A DNA stretch of 32,000 bases from Thermofilum adornatum. Its GTDB lineage: Archaea; Thermoproteota; Thermoprotei; Thermofilales; Thermofilaceae. Position 1 is the stretch's first letter, and each line of letters opens with the position of its first letter. Below the pieces are notes generated by a model that worked only from the letters and a program-made list of their open reading frames with translations, was not told the DNA's origin and made no database searches. The DNA is taken from the NCBI RefSeq assembly GCF_000446015.1, contig NC_022093.1, forward strand, positions 960,001-992,000, read 5' to 3'. The position numbers and the translations under genes were made by a program. Below are positions 1 through 8,834 of this stretch, in pieces.

Positions 1-738
1 GCGGTAAAGCTGGCTGCTATGCGGGCACGCGTAAAACCTGTCTATGCAAACGATATTGGATGCTACACGCTGGGCTTCTATCCGCCCTTCAACATGGCAG
101 ACTTCACTTGGAGCATGGGATCTGCTATAGGTATAGGCATGGGAATAGCAAAGTTCAGCGAGGAGCCTGTGATAGCATTCATAGGAGACTCTACTTTTTA
201 CCATGCTGGTATTCCCGGCCTGATAAATGCAGTCTACAACGGTATACCTCTTCTAGTAATAGTTATGGACAACGGCATCACGGCTATGACTGGGCATCAG
301 CCCCATCCTGGCTCTGGCTATGGCCCAACTGGCGAGACAAGGCCAGTAATAAGAATCGAGGACATTGCTAAAGCAGTAGGCGTAGAATTTGTAGAAGTAG
401 TGGATGCATACGACGTAGAAGCCGTGAGAAGCACTACTGAGAAAGCCTTGAAATTTATAAAGGAGAAAAAGAAGCCTGCAGTAATTGTTTCCCGTAGACC
501 GTGTGCATTAATGGAGCTCAGGAGAAAGAGGGTTCAAAACGAGGAAATAGTTCCCTACTACATAGACCAAGAAAAATGTATAAAGTGTGGAATATGTGTG
601 GACAAGTTCTCTTGTCCAGCCATTGTTCGAGAAGGAGACAGGATCGTTATTATCCCTGAACTATGTGTGGGATGCGGGGTGTGCGCACAAATCTGTCCAG
701 CAAAGGCGATAAAGCCCGTAAAGGGTATTAAAGGGTGA
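1..738 (+). CDS. iorA: Indolepyruvate:ferredoxin oxidoreductase alpha subunit, C-terminal part (5' end lies outside the window)
   Basis: Frame 1 is open from base 1 (AVKLAAMRARV...). TPP-binding segment GDSTFYHAGIPGLINAVYNG...VMDNGITAMTGHQ. Two ferredoxin-type clusters follow (CIKCGICVDKFSCP and CVGCGVCAQICP). The beta subunit starts 6 nt downstream. Confidence 0.85.
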   Translation, partial: AVKLAAMRARVKPVYANDIGCYTLGFYPPFNMADFTWSMGSAIGIGMGIAKFSEEPVIAFIGDSTFYHAGIPGLINAVYNGIPLLVIVMDNGITAMTGHQPHPGSGYGPTGETRPVIRIEDIAKAVGVEFVEVVDAYDVEAVRSTTEKALKFIKEKKKPAVIVSRRPCALMELRRKRVQNEEIVPYYIDQEKCIKCGICVDKFSCPAIVREGDRIVIIPELCVGCGVCAQICPAKAIKPVKGIKG

Positions 739-744
739 AAAGCT

Positions 745-1335
745 ATGGGTATAAGGTCTATTGTTGTTACGGGGATTGGTGGGCAGGGGCAGATAACAAT
801 AGGGACGATTCTTGGGCAAGCCCTCCTCAGAAAGGGCTACAACGTAAGAGTAGGCGAGGTACATGGTTTGAGCCAGAGAGGCGGCTCAGTTGTAGTCTTT
901 GTTAAATACGGGAAAGGGGTTCCATCATCCATCGTCACAGCCGGTGAGGCGGACGCCTTGATAGGGCTAGAGATGATTGAGAGCCTGCGAAGGGTTCCCC
1001 TTGTATCTCGGGATGGGCTACTAATAGTTAACGAGTTTTTCCTGCCACCACCTGCTAGTAAGCCACTTAGCAGAAAGGATGTTGAAGATGCCTTGAAAAG
1101 CATTGGAACAAAGACTGTTTTCATTAATGCAAACGAGCTGGCACTCAAAGCAGGCTCCCAGATAGCTTCGAACATAGTGATGGTGGGGGCCCTTGTAGGA
1201 TCCGGGAAGGTAGATCTTACACTTGAAGATGTTTCAAATGTTCTCAGTGAGCGCTTCAAGGGCAAAACCTTGGAGATCAATATGAATGCATTGAGGATGG
1301 GATACGAATACGTCACTAGTCAAGGAGGACTTTAG
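745..1335 (+). CDS. iorB: Indolepyruvate:ferredoxin oxidoreductase beta subunit
   Basis: 196 aa. N-terminal GIGGQGQITIGTILGQA motif of the 2-oxoacid:ferredoxin oxidoreductase gamma-type domain. Tightly coupled to iorA. Confidence 0.8.
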   Translation: MGIRSIVVTGIGGQGQITIGTILGQALLRKGYNVRVGEVHGLSQRGGSVVVFVKYGKGVPSSIVTAGEADALIGLEMIESLRRVPLVSRDGLLIVNEFFLPPPASKPLSRKDVEDALKSIGTKTVFINANELALKAGSQIASNIVMVGALVGSGKVDLTLEDVSNVLSERFKGKTLEINMNALRMGYEYVTSQGGL

Positions 1336-2449
1336 ATAAAAGTTTAAACACTAGGCTTGGCTTTTCAAATAAATATTTAAAACCAATTTCTCTTATTAAG
1401 AATGCCTGTCTATCCATGGAGCCTATCCTACTAATTAATTCTTCTCCATGCATCTCTTTTACTGTCCTGAAAATCTCGTCGAGCTCGGGGTCGCTTAAAT
1501 TATTTAGGACTTTCCTCAGGGCAAATTGTAGAGTTGTCTCATGGCCTAGTGTTGCCCTGACATTTTTCTCATATAAGGTTGGATCATTTCTTATGAGAGC
1601 ACTCGCAAGTAGTCTGGCAGCAATAGAGAGGTAGACAAGTCCTCCCCCAGTCGTGGGTTTGGTTTGACCTGCCGAGTCACCTATATAGAGCAAATCGCCG
1701 CGTAAAAGGTGTTTTACTAATCCACCCGTATACACTGTGCCGCCATAGGTCTTAATGACATGTAGAGGAGTTATCCCTATTCTTTCAAGCGTCTTTAGGA
1801 CATACTTCATTCTAACTAGTGTTTTCCCCTTGGTTGCGACACCCACCTTGTATGTTTCGTCTCCAAGCGGGATAGCCCATGCAAAGAGTCCGTTGGAAAA
1901 TTTCTCTCCCATGAATATAAGAACATGAGTTGTTATGCCTATGCTGTCTTTTACCTTTATATCATATTGGAGTGCAGGCAAAAGATGTTTTTTCTTATCT
2001 TCGTCTAAGTACTTTGTTCCTCCAGCGACAATGCCAAAGTTATTTTTACTTCTAACAAGTTTAGAAAAATCAGCAATGTTTACATGACTACCAAGCTTGA
2101 CGTGAGCACCTAGCGATAAAACTTCTTCGTAAAGCCTTTCTTCAAGCCTCTCCCTGTCAACAACCACAGCGACAGTTTCTGGCCTCCCTACAATCAGCTT
2201 TTTCCCCGAAGGAGAAAAGAAAATAGCCCCCCTAAAAGTATTAATAATTAAGTTTTCGTCTATAATGCCGATATCTTTTCTCAAGCCTTCAAGGCTAACG
2301 AGACCGGTACAATGGATGGGTCGCCCAATTTTTTCATGCTCCTCGTAGACATAGACATCGCCACTATGACCTTTAAGGAGAAATCTAGCCACTTGTAATC
2401 CTGCTGGTCCAGCACCAAGGATGTGAATGTCTCTCTGCATATTACTCAT
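1316..2449 (-). CDS. Geranylgeranyl reductase family FAD-dependent oxidoreductase (paralogue and substrate not assignable)
   Basis: 377 aa. N-terminal dinucleotide-binding motif HILGAGPAGLQVARFL. Length and the GD-containing C-terminal half (YIGDSAGQTKPTTGGG) fit the archaeal GGR family. Its 3' end overlaps the iorB 3' end by 20 nt (convergent). Confidence 0.7.
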   Translation of the reverse strand: MSNMQRDIHILGAGPAGLQVARFLLKGHSGDVYVYEEHEKIGRPIHCTGLVSLEGLRKDIGIIDENLIINTFRGAIFFSPSGKKLIVGRPETVAVVVDRERLEERLYEEVLSLGAHVKLGSHVNIADFSKLVRSKNNFGIVAGGTKYLDEDKKKHLLPALQYDIKVKDSIGITTHVLIFMGEKFSNGLFAWAIPLGDETYKVGVATKGKTLVRMKYVLKTLERIGITPLHVIKTYGGTVYTGGLVKHLLRGDLLYIGDSAGQTKPTTGGGLVYLSIAARLLASALIRNDPTLYEKNVRATLGHETTLQFALRKVLNNLSDPELDEIFRTVKEMHGEELISRIGSMDRQAFLIREIGFKYLFEKPSLVFKLLSKVLLD

Positions 2450-2468
2450 TGTAGGCGCCTATAAAATG

Positions 2469-3098
2469 TCAAAATGGGTTGATGCTGTGTTTTTCCTTGG
2501 AGATCTGCCTTGCCAGGTAATATACGTAGTTCATCCAGCCTGGACTGTTTGCCGAAAGATGCTGTATAAAGAATGTGCCCTCTGCATCGAGCTTAGAAGC
2601 CAGCAATCCTATCAATTCGGTCACGCTTTTCCCGTTATATGTTTTCTTGAGGGCCTCCAGTTCGTTTAGAACCTCCGAACCCTGGCGCAGTACAATGTTG
2701 TGGACAAGGAGCCAGCTCTCTGAGAACAGCTTGAATAATCTTCTTGCCTCGTCGCTCCCGCCCTCAGTTATTTTGATAATGTTTTTCTCGGTTCCCCTAT
2801 AGTTCTGTTTGAGTCTATAAGCGAGCTTCTTTTCTATAAGTTCTCCTAGCTTGTTTTCAATTATGGCTGAGTAGGGGAGAAAGAAGGATGGCGAAAGTTC
2901 TACTTCGGCATAAGGATAAATGGTCAATATGAAATGTACGACTTCCTCACCATAGATCGGTGTTCTGCCGTCAAGATAGAGCAACAAAAGTATATAGTCT
3001 TCAAGCCTTGGCTCGTAGACCTTTCCAAGCCTGAAATTCTCAAGCACCCCTTTTTTCCATGTATGCCCTCCTGTTGCTGGCTCCGAATCAATTGCCAT
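2469..3098 (-). CDS. Hypothetical cytoplasmic protein, possible winged-helix-like N-terminal region
   Basis: 209-aa ORF with no TM segments, 5 nt downstream of the surface-protein gene on the same strand (likely operon). The segment DYILLLLYLDGRTPIYGEEVVHFIL resembles wHTH-type folds, but this was not verified. Confidence 0.5.
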   Translation of the reverse strand: MAIDSEPATGGHTWKKGVLENFRLGKVYEPRLEDYILLLLYLDGRTPIYGEEVVHFILTIYPYAEVELSPSFFLPYSAIIENKLGELIEKKLAYRLKQNYRGTEKNIIKITEGGSDEARRLFKLFSESWLLVHNIVLRQGSEVLNELEALKKTYNGKSVTELIGLLASKLDAEGTFFIQHLSANSPGWMNYVYYLARQISKEKHSINPF

Positions 3099-3103
3099 AT
3101 GAG

Positions 3104-5002
3104 TTACACTTCTTCTATACCTTTACCGCGATGTATAAATCTTTTAACTATTTTAGCTATCAGCCAAATCATAGTAAAGACGAAGATAAGTCCCACAGCC
3201 AGTGAAAGAATTTTTCCAGTAATCGTGAATCCATATATCTTGGCTACTTCGTCGATTTGTACTACTTTGAAAGTGTCTTGGCTGACCTCTAGTTTCTGTG
3301 GAAGGGCTTGTTCAACAATCAATGTATAGTTTCCCGCTGGAACAAAACCGAAATCTACTCTGCCCATTTCATCAGTCAACCTCGATTTTGAAAAGTCTCT
3401 TCCCTCAAGAAGTACCTGAATATTTTTAACCGGCTGGTCGAGTAAATTTCTCACGAGAACTTGTAGCTTGTAGGCTTGAATGGATAGAACCTTGTCTGCC
3501 GAAGAAAGGTCTATAGACACATCATATGTTGCCAGCAAAGTACCATTCCAGAGAACATCCAACTTATAGTTTCCCGGCGGCACCCCATGGTAAACAACAA
3601 TACCGTCCATGCTACTGTTTGTTCTCATAGTTACGTATCCCCTCAGGATAGCTGTATAGTCTTTGAGGATCTCGCCCGTTCCCTGCCTAACAAATTGGAA
3701 CCTCACCGTGGAAGTATTTGTCCGCACATCCATGCTCTGGTCAGAAAAAACATCTACTTTGCCTTTACCTATAGCTACAGAGCTCAAATAAGCAACTATA
3801 TCATAGCTTCCCTTTGGCAGAGGACAGACCACTGCCTTGCCACTAGGCGTAAACCCCCTGTAAACTGGTATTCCGCGTGAGTATATTATGAAAGATGTAT
3901 TATTCACGGGATACCCCATAAGGTCCAGGAATCTTATTTCCAGCGAGTAGATTGGTGGTTGCACAAGTAAGCTTGGGGGAGGCGAATAAATTATTAGGTC
4001 GCCTATAGAGATTCCTCCTGAAAAGAACCTAACGGTCAGGGTGGTGTTTTCACCTAGATATACCGTGTTCTCATTCACGTAGCCGTCTTGAGGAGGTATA
4101 ATTTTGAATGTATAGTCCTTGATGTTGCAGAGTGTGTCGGGTAGAGCAACAGCCACATTGACGGAGTATCGACCCAAGCTCTCAGAAGCTGAAAGTCCCG
4201 GAGGAAAATATAGAGCGACATGGGGAGGATTAGCAAGAATAAAGTTTCCTCCTTTACTTTTATAGCTTGGATAATTTACATATATAGCTCTAAAATCATA
4301 TGGTGGAAAAGTCACACTTCCCTCTTTGCTGGGTAGAAAATAGAGGTACCAGAGCGTTCCACTGATAAAGTTTTGTCCAATCGTGACGTTTGTAAAAGGT
4401 ATCAGTATATCTACAGCCACAAGCCTCTGGCTAAGAATGTCTATAATAGAAGCATTCAGAACAAAGAAAGGCTTGTTGAAAAGTGTCGCTAAATCGTTGC
4501 TAGAGCTTAGGAGTAGCTCAACGCGGTATCCCGCGGGCACGAATCCAGGTACAATGGGTATCGTCAGGTTTGTGCCTGCGGACAAGGGAGAAGCCGACTT
4601 TAATCCAATTATCCCATTCATGCTTGTTAGCTGCGTTCTTCTCTGGAAAGATACAGTTATTGTATGTGGCTTGCCATCTAGCTGAACTATATAGGAAAAC
4701 CACAGAGTACCCGTTTTAATAGAGGGTCTGTAGGGAACACCATCTATAAAAACGGTCATGGGCTGGAGCCCTGAGGATGGGTCGGTTCTTACCACAATTA
4801 CATTGGCAACTGTATTAAAGCTCAGTGTATAGTCGTTAACCAGCAGATACCTGCTTGTCCAGTTTCCATTTGAATACTCCAAGATCTCAGCGTAGAAGTT
4901 TTCCGCAATAGGCAGGGAGTAAATACTCCTCAACAATGCTAGACAAATCACGAGGCCAAGCACGAGATATATCCTCCGATAGCTAGACAACGAGTCCACC
5001 AA
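3104..5002 (-). CDS. Membrane-anchored, probably N-glycosylated surface protein with repeated beta-sandwich (CarboxypepD_reg-like) modules
   Basis: 632 aa with a TTG start. N-terminal hydrophobic signal/anchor (IYLVLGLVICLALL). C-terminal TM helix plus basic tail (LAVGLIFVFTMIWLIAKIVKRFIHRGK). More than ten N-x-S/T sequons. Recurrent (P)GxY strand motifs: PKGSYDIVAY, PPGNYKLDV, PAGNYTLIV. Confidence 0.7.
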   Translation of the reverse strand: MVDSLSSYRRIYLVLGLVICLALLRSIYSLPIAENFYAEILEYSNGNWTSRYLLVNDYTLSFNTVANVIVVRTDPSSGLQPMTVFIDGVPYRPSIKTGTLWFSYIVQLDGKPHTITVSFQRRTQLTSMNGIIGLKSASPLSAGTNLTIPIVPGFVPAGYRVELLLSSSNDLATLFNKPFFVLNASIIDILSQRLVAVDILIPFTNVTIGQNFISGTLWYLYFLPSKEGSVTFPPYDFRAIYVNYPSYKSKGGNFILANPPHVALYFPPGLSASESLGRYSVNVAVALPDTLCNIKDYTFKIIPPQDGYVNENTVYLGENTTLTVRFFSGGISIGDLIIYSPPPSLLVQPPIYSLEIRFLDLMGYPVNNTSFIIYSRGIPVYRGFTPSGKAVVCPLPKGSYDIVAYLSSVAIGKGKVDVFSDQSMDVRTNTSTVRFQFVRQGTGEILKDYTAILRGYVTMRTNSSMDGIVVYHGVPPGNYKLDVLWNGTLLATYDVSIDLSSADKVLSIQAYKLQVLVRNLLDQPVKNIQVLLEGRDFSKSRLTDEMGRVDFGFVPAGNYTLIVEQALPQKLEVSQDTFKVVQIDEVAKIYGFTITGKILSLAVGLIFVFTMIWLIAKIVKRFIHRGKGIEEV

Positions 5003-5071
5003 TTGTCAAAATTTACAAACATGGATAAGAAAATAATGTTTATCGTGCAGTCAAGAAAACCTATAAGAACA

Positions 5072-5081
5072 GGTATATCAT
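5072..5081 (+). promoter_or_regulatory. TATA-like box candidate for the LysRS gene (leaderless or short-leader transcript)
   Basis: ggtatatcat lies about 20-28 nt upstream of the ATG at 5100, in the 97-nt divergent intergenic region. Confidence 0.3.
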
Positions 5082-5099
5082 AGAATCATAGACACATTC

Positions 5100-6737
5100 A
5101 TGACGCATTGGATAGAAGAAATCGTAGAAAAACTGGCCCCAAGGGCAGAGGGCAAAGAATTCTTCGTAGCTAATGGTGGCTTGTCCGTCTCTGGCCTACA
5201 ACATGTGGGGCGTCTAAGGGGAGAAATAACAATAGTTGACACCGTTGTTAGGCTACTAAGGAAAAGAGGCATAAATGCACACCACAAGCTCACACTCTAC
5301 ACCGTCGATGCCTGGAAGGGCAAGGACACACAGCTCAGCCAGTTCAGAGATCCAGAAGAGGCAAAAACCTACAAAGGATGGCCTCTCTATATGGTTCCTG
5401 ACCCCTACGGGTGCCACTCTAACTGGGTAGAGCATTACTGGGCTGACTTTGGAAACTATCTTGACCAGTTTTCAGAGAAAGTCGAGGTTGTCACTACGAA
5501 GGATCTATATGAAAAAGACGAGAGAATGAAACGCTTTGTACTGCTATCTGTCACAGAGCTACGTGAAAAAGTTGTTTCAACGATAAACAAGTATAGGGGT
5601 GAAAAGAAGCTCCACAAAGACTATATTCCTTTCCAGCCCATATGTGAAAAATGCGGACGCGTAGACGCAACTGAGGCAATCGAGGTTGACCCAGTCAATT
5701 ACCGCGTAAAATATGTATGCAAAAACTGTGGACACGAGGGGTGGCAGAGCCTAACAAAGGGCAAACTTAACTGGAGAGTTGAATGGGTTGGGGTTTGGTA
5801 CGCCCTAAACGTGGACTTCGAGCCCTACGGCAAGGACCATGCAACCCCTGGCGGCTCGCGGGACAGTTGCAACGAGCTAGCAGAAAAAGTCTATGGATTC
5901 AAGCCACCAGAAGGGCTTGCCTATGAGTGGGTTGGATACAGAAGGCAGGGCAAGGACCTAGGAGACATGGGTTCGAGTGACTTTATCGGTTTCTCGCCGA
6001 AACAATGGCTAGAAGTCGCAGAAGGAGAAGTTCTAAGACTTATCTACCTATCTGCGCCCCCTATGAGACGGGTCGTCTTGAGCCTTGAAGAGGTTCCCAG
6101 CTATTATGACGAATACGACAAAGCCGAAAGGGTTTACTACGGCGTCGAAGAGGGAGACCCATTACTTGCAAAGAGCTACACTCTCTCTGCATTAAAGCCT
6201 CTACCAGAAAAAATGCCCTTCCAGCTCCGCTACATTAATGCCATGATACTTTCCCAAGTCTTGCCTAGCAAGGGCGAAGACCTCAACGAGGTTATAGCGA
6301 GGCTCAGAGAAACAAAGCAACTAAAACAAGATCTAACCGACTACGATATACACAGGATCAAAACAAGAATAACGTTGGCAAAGAAATGGCTACAGCTTTA
6401 TGCCCCAGCCCAGTACAGGATAACAATAGTAGAAACACCACCAGTCAAAGAGATCTCAAAACTCCTCGGTGACGGGGTACGAGAGCTTTTAATCGAACTA
6501 AGAGAACAACTCTACAGACTACAGGAGTGGAACGAAGAAGAAATAAAGAAAACAATGATGAACATCAAAAAAACGCCCCAACAAGAGAAACAGTTCTTCA
6601 AGGCTCTATACCTAGCGTTCTTCGGCAAGGAATATGGGCCACGCCTGGCCCCATACCTAGCAATGCTTAATAAAGACTTCGTAATTCAACGCCTAGCAGA
6701 AGTTACAAACTCGGCTAAAGGTGAACAGGATGGCTGA
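5100..6737 (+). CDS. lysK: Lysine--tRNA ligase, class I (archaeal type)
   Basis: 545 aa. N-terminal Rossmann signature GGLSVSGLQHVGRLRGEI (HIGH-equivalent HVGR). Zn-ribbon insertion CEKCGR...CKNCGH. The GKDH...PGGS block and the helical C-terminal anticodon-binding region are typical of class I LysRS. The KMSKS-equivalent reads DMGSS (see findings). Confidence 0.8.
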   Translation: MTHWIEEIVEKLAPRAEGKEFFVANGGLSVSGLQHVGRLRGEITIVDTVVRLLRKRGINAHHKLTLYTVDAWKGKDTQLSQFRDPEEAKTYKGWPLYMVPDPYGCHSNWVEHYWADFGNYLDQFSEKVEVVTTKDLYEKDERMKRFVLLSVTELREKVVSTINKYRGEKKLHKDYIPFQPICEKCGRVDATEAIEVDPVNYRVKYVCKNCGHEGWQSLTKGKLNWRVEWVGVWYALNVDFEPYGKDHATPGGSRDSCNELAEKVYGFKPPEGLAYEWVGYRRQGKDLGDMGSSDFIGFSPKQWLEVAEGEVLRLIYLSAPPMRRVVLSLEEVPSYYDEYDKAERVYYGVEEGDPLLAKSYTLSALKPLPEKMPFQLRYINAMILSQVLPSKGEDLNEVIARLRETKQLKQDLTDYDIHRIKTRITLAKKWLQLYAPAQYRITIVETPPVKEISKLLGDGVRELLIELREQLYRLQEWNEEEIKKTMMNIKKTPQQEKQFFKALYLAFFGKEYGPRLAPYLAMLNKDFVIQRLAEVTNSAKGEQDG

Positions 6738-7071
6738 CTATATGGGTGAAAAAACAAAACCCAGCAAAACTCTTCTCATAGTTACCTTCATACCCATAAT
6801 CCTAAACGTCCTTGTATTTATAGTGACCGACGGATTCAATGTACATCCACACCTCACCTCTCCATTCATATACCTCATAGGATCCTTCGTTATGCTCGTC
6901 ATAGCGACATTCGTCGCATTTATCGGATACACGATGGCTAAAGACGAAGAGCCAGAATGGGGGAGCAAGCTTCAATTCAAAATAATACAAGCTTTAAACC
7001 TTCTGTGGGTACTTCTCTCAATAGTCTTTGCTCTCATGCTCGTCTTTGTATACTTGCTACGCGTGGCTTAA
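6730..7071 (+). CDS. Small integral membrane protein (about 3 TM helices), function unknown
   Basis: ATG at 6730 overlaps the lysK TGA (6735-6737). An alternative GTG lies at 6721 and an alternative ATG at 6742. Hydrophobic helices: LLIVTFIPIILNVLVFIV, FIYLIGSFVMLVIATFVAFIGY, LNLLWVLLSIVFALMLVFVYLL. Confidence 0.55.
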   Translation: MADYMGEKTKPSKTLLIVTFIPIILNVLVFIVTDGFNVHPHLTSPFIYLIGSFVMLVIATFVAFIGYTMAKDEEPEWGSKLQFKIIQALNLLWVLLSIVFALMLVFVYLLRVA

Positions 7072-7090
7072 GGAGATCTTTCTTCGAATT

Positions 7091-8683
7091 TTAAATCTTT
7101 AATCTATCTTCACATCTCTTGAGTTGTTCCTTGAGGCTCACATTCTCCCTCTCCAGTGCTGCAACCCTGTTCTGGAGCTCTTCTAGCCTCTTCAGCTTCT
7201 CTTCAAGCTGTTTTTCACGCTCGTTTAGCTGGGCTTCTCGAGCCTCCAACCTTTCCCTAAGCTCGACAAGCGCGCTTTCCTTAGTGGCCAGCATTCTCTG
7301 ATAGCCCACGAGTTCCCTTTCTTTCTCTAGTAGCCTCTTTTCCCAGCTTGCTAGTTCTTCTCTCTCCTTCAATAGTCTTTCTCGTACAGGCTCCAGCTCT
7401 TCTTTCAACATTCTTTCTTTTTCATCAATTTCGGCTTTTAGCTTCTGTAGATATGCTTCTTTCTCATTTATTTCTTTAATCAAGAGCTCGAGTTTCTCAG
7501 TTTTAGCCTCTCTTTGTGCAACTTCTTTCTCTCTCTCAGTCAATGCCTGCAACTTCTTCAAAAGCTCTTTTTCTTTTGTTGAAAGCTCGCTTTCCCAAGC
7601 CTTCAACTTTTGCTCCATTTCCTGCAAGGAAAGCTTTAACTTTCTGAGCTCTTCAGATTCTGTGGCAACCCTGCTGGCGAATGTTTTAAGTTCTGCCTCT
7701 CTTCGCTCAAGCTCTATAAACTTGGTACTTAGTTCTTGTTCTCGTTGCTTTAAATACTCAATATACTTTACTAAGTCGCCCACCTCAGGTATCCTTGAAA
7801 CAGCCTTGTTAATATTCTCCAAGAGACCAGTAATCGTTTTCTCTCTTTCTAGCAAGGTTCTCTCTTGTTCCTGTAGCTTTTTGGCTTGTTCTTCCAGCAT
7901 TATTTTTCTTTCTTCTAATTCCTTTATCTGGCGAGTCAGGGTTTCTGCCTTGGCTGACAACTGTGAATACTCTTCAACCATCTTGGCATATTTCTCGGCT
8001 TGTTCCTGCAAAGTTTTAGTAATGTTTTCTACATTTGAAATGTTAGTGCTAAGACCCTCAATAAGCTTTGCAATATTGTCTAGTGATTCACGCAGAAGGT
8101 TGTGAGTCTCGGCAACTTCTCCCAGGTTATCAAATATACCCTTTAGCCTTTCTATATCGATGCTAGTTATCAATTTTCTTGTCTCATCTAATTGCTCGAT
8201 TATCGATTTCCCAAGTTCCTCGACTTGGCTCTGGGTCGCGTTTAGAGTTTTTCCAAGCTCTTCGACTTGGCTCTGTGTAGCGGTCTGCTGTACAAGTTCA
8301 AGAATCTTGCTTAGTGTTGTCTTTGCCTCTTCGAGACTGCTAAGCCACTTCTTTAGTTGCTCTATTGAGCTGCTTAGATTTTTCCCAAGTTCCTCGACTT
8401 GGCTCTGGGTCGCGTTTAGAGTTTTTCCAAGCTCTTCGACTTGGCTCTGTGTAGCGGCGCGCTGTGCCAACTCGAGCACATCTGCAAGTGTTGCACGAAG
8501 TTCGTCGATTGAAGCTATCAGCTGGGTAAGGGAGCTTCTTATGTTTGTCCTTATTGGTTCCTGTAAGACTTCTGGAAGTGTCGAAATCTTTCGGTCAAGA
8601 GTTGAAAGAGACGTTCTGATTTCTTCTGTGAGTTCATCGATTGTTGTTCCTTTTTCCTCCTTCTTGCCCCTGAAAAACGACAA
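7091..8683 (-). CDS. Long coiled-coil protein (530 aa) with an internally duplicated Q/S/T-rich N-terminal half and an E/K/R/L-rich C-terminal rod
   Basis: Uninterrupted ORF with a TTG start. No TM segment or nucleotide-binding motif seen. Heptad-like, highly charged sequence over about 300 C-terminal residues. The unit ATQSQVEELGKTLNATQSQVEELGK occurs twice, 58 aa apart. Confidence 0.75.
   Translation of the reverse strand: MSFFRGKKEEKGTTIDELTEEIRTSLSTLDRKISTLPEVLQEPIRTNIRSSLTQLIASIDELRATLADVLELAQRAATQSQVEELGKTLNATQSQVEELGKNLSSSIEQLKKWLSSLEEAKTTLSKILELVQQTATQSQVEELGKTLNATQSQVEELGKSIIEQLDETRKLITSIDIERLKGIFDNLGEVAETHNLLRESLDNIAKLIEGLSTNISNVENITKTLQEQAEKYAKMVEEYSQLSAKAETLTRQIKELEERKIMLEEQAKKLQEQERTLLEREKTITGLLENINKAVSRIPEVGDLVKYIEYLKQREQELSTKFIELERREAELKTFASRVATESEELRKLKLSLQEMEQKLKAWESELSTKEKELLKKLQALTEREKEVAQREAKTEKLELLIKEINEKEAYLQKLKAEIDEKERMLKEELEPVRERLLKEREELASWEKRLLEKERELVGYQRMLATKESALVELRERLEAREAQLNEREKQLEEKLKRLEELQNRVAALERENVSLKEQLKRCEDRLKI
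8207..8283 (-). repeat. Copy 1 of a 77-bp perfect direct repeat inside the coiled-coil gene; it contains a 39-bp sub-repeat
   Basis: tttcccaagttcctcgacttggctctgggtcgcgtttagagtttttccaagctcttcgacttggctctgtgtagcgg is identical at 8207-8283 and 8381-8457. The offset is 174 bp, which equals 58 codons. Confidence 0.95.
8381..8457 (-). repeat. Copy 2 of the 77-bp perfect direct repeat
   Basis: Base-for-base identical to 8207-8283. The flanks diverge immediately: c at 8458 versus t at 8284, and gatttt versus gat upstream. Confidence 0.95.
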
Positions 8684-8800
8684 CTATTCCACCCGAAATA
8701 AATAGTGTAGTTTACGGGTATTAATTTTAAACGCTTAAATAGTTGGGAAAAAGGTCACAAGATTTTTGATTTTTCACCATACGTGGAAAAATGCAAGCAT

Positions 8801-8814
8801 TAACAATATATCAC
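8801..8814 (+). promoter_or_regulatory. TATA-like box candidate for the 223-aa coiled-coil gene
   Basis: taacaatatatcac is centred about 27 nt upstream of the ATG at 8835, within the 151-bp AT-rich divergent intergenic region 8684-8834. Confidence 0.35.
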
Positions 8815-8834
8815 ACAAAAAACTAAGATGACTT

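Noticed and set aside
837-1634. ORFs 837..1316 (-) and 1416..1634 (+) inside iorB and the GGR-family gene
   Set aside because: They are fully nested antisense to ORFs with recognisable motifs, and their composition is atypical (S/T/L-rich).
8207-8457. Possible CRISPR-like or intergenic repeat array
   Set aside because: There are only two copies, both lie inside a continuous ORF, the spacing is in frame (174 bp), and the repeats encode a duplicated peptide. This is a coding tandem duplication, not CRISPR.
7119-8705. Long plus-strand ORFs (7119..7301, 7662..8105, 8160..8705) antisense to the 530-aa coiled-coil gene
   Set aside because: Their S/L/F/C-rich low-complexity translations are the mirror image of the E/K/L-rich codons of the sense gene. 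They have no independent start context, and the sense ORF spans the whole region.
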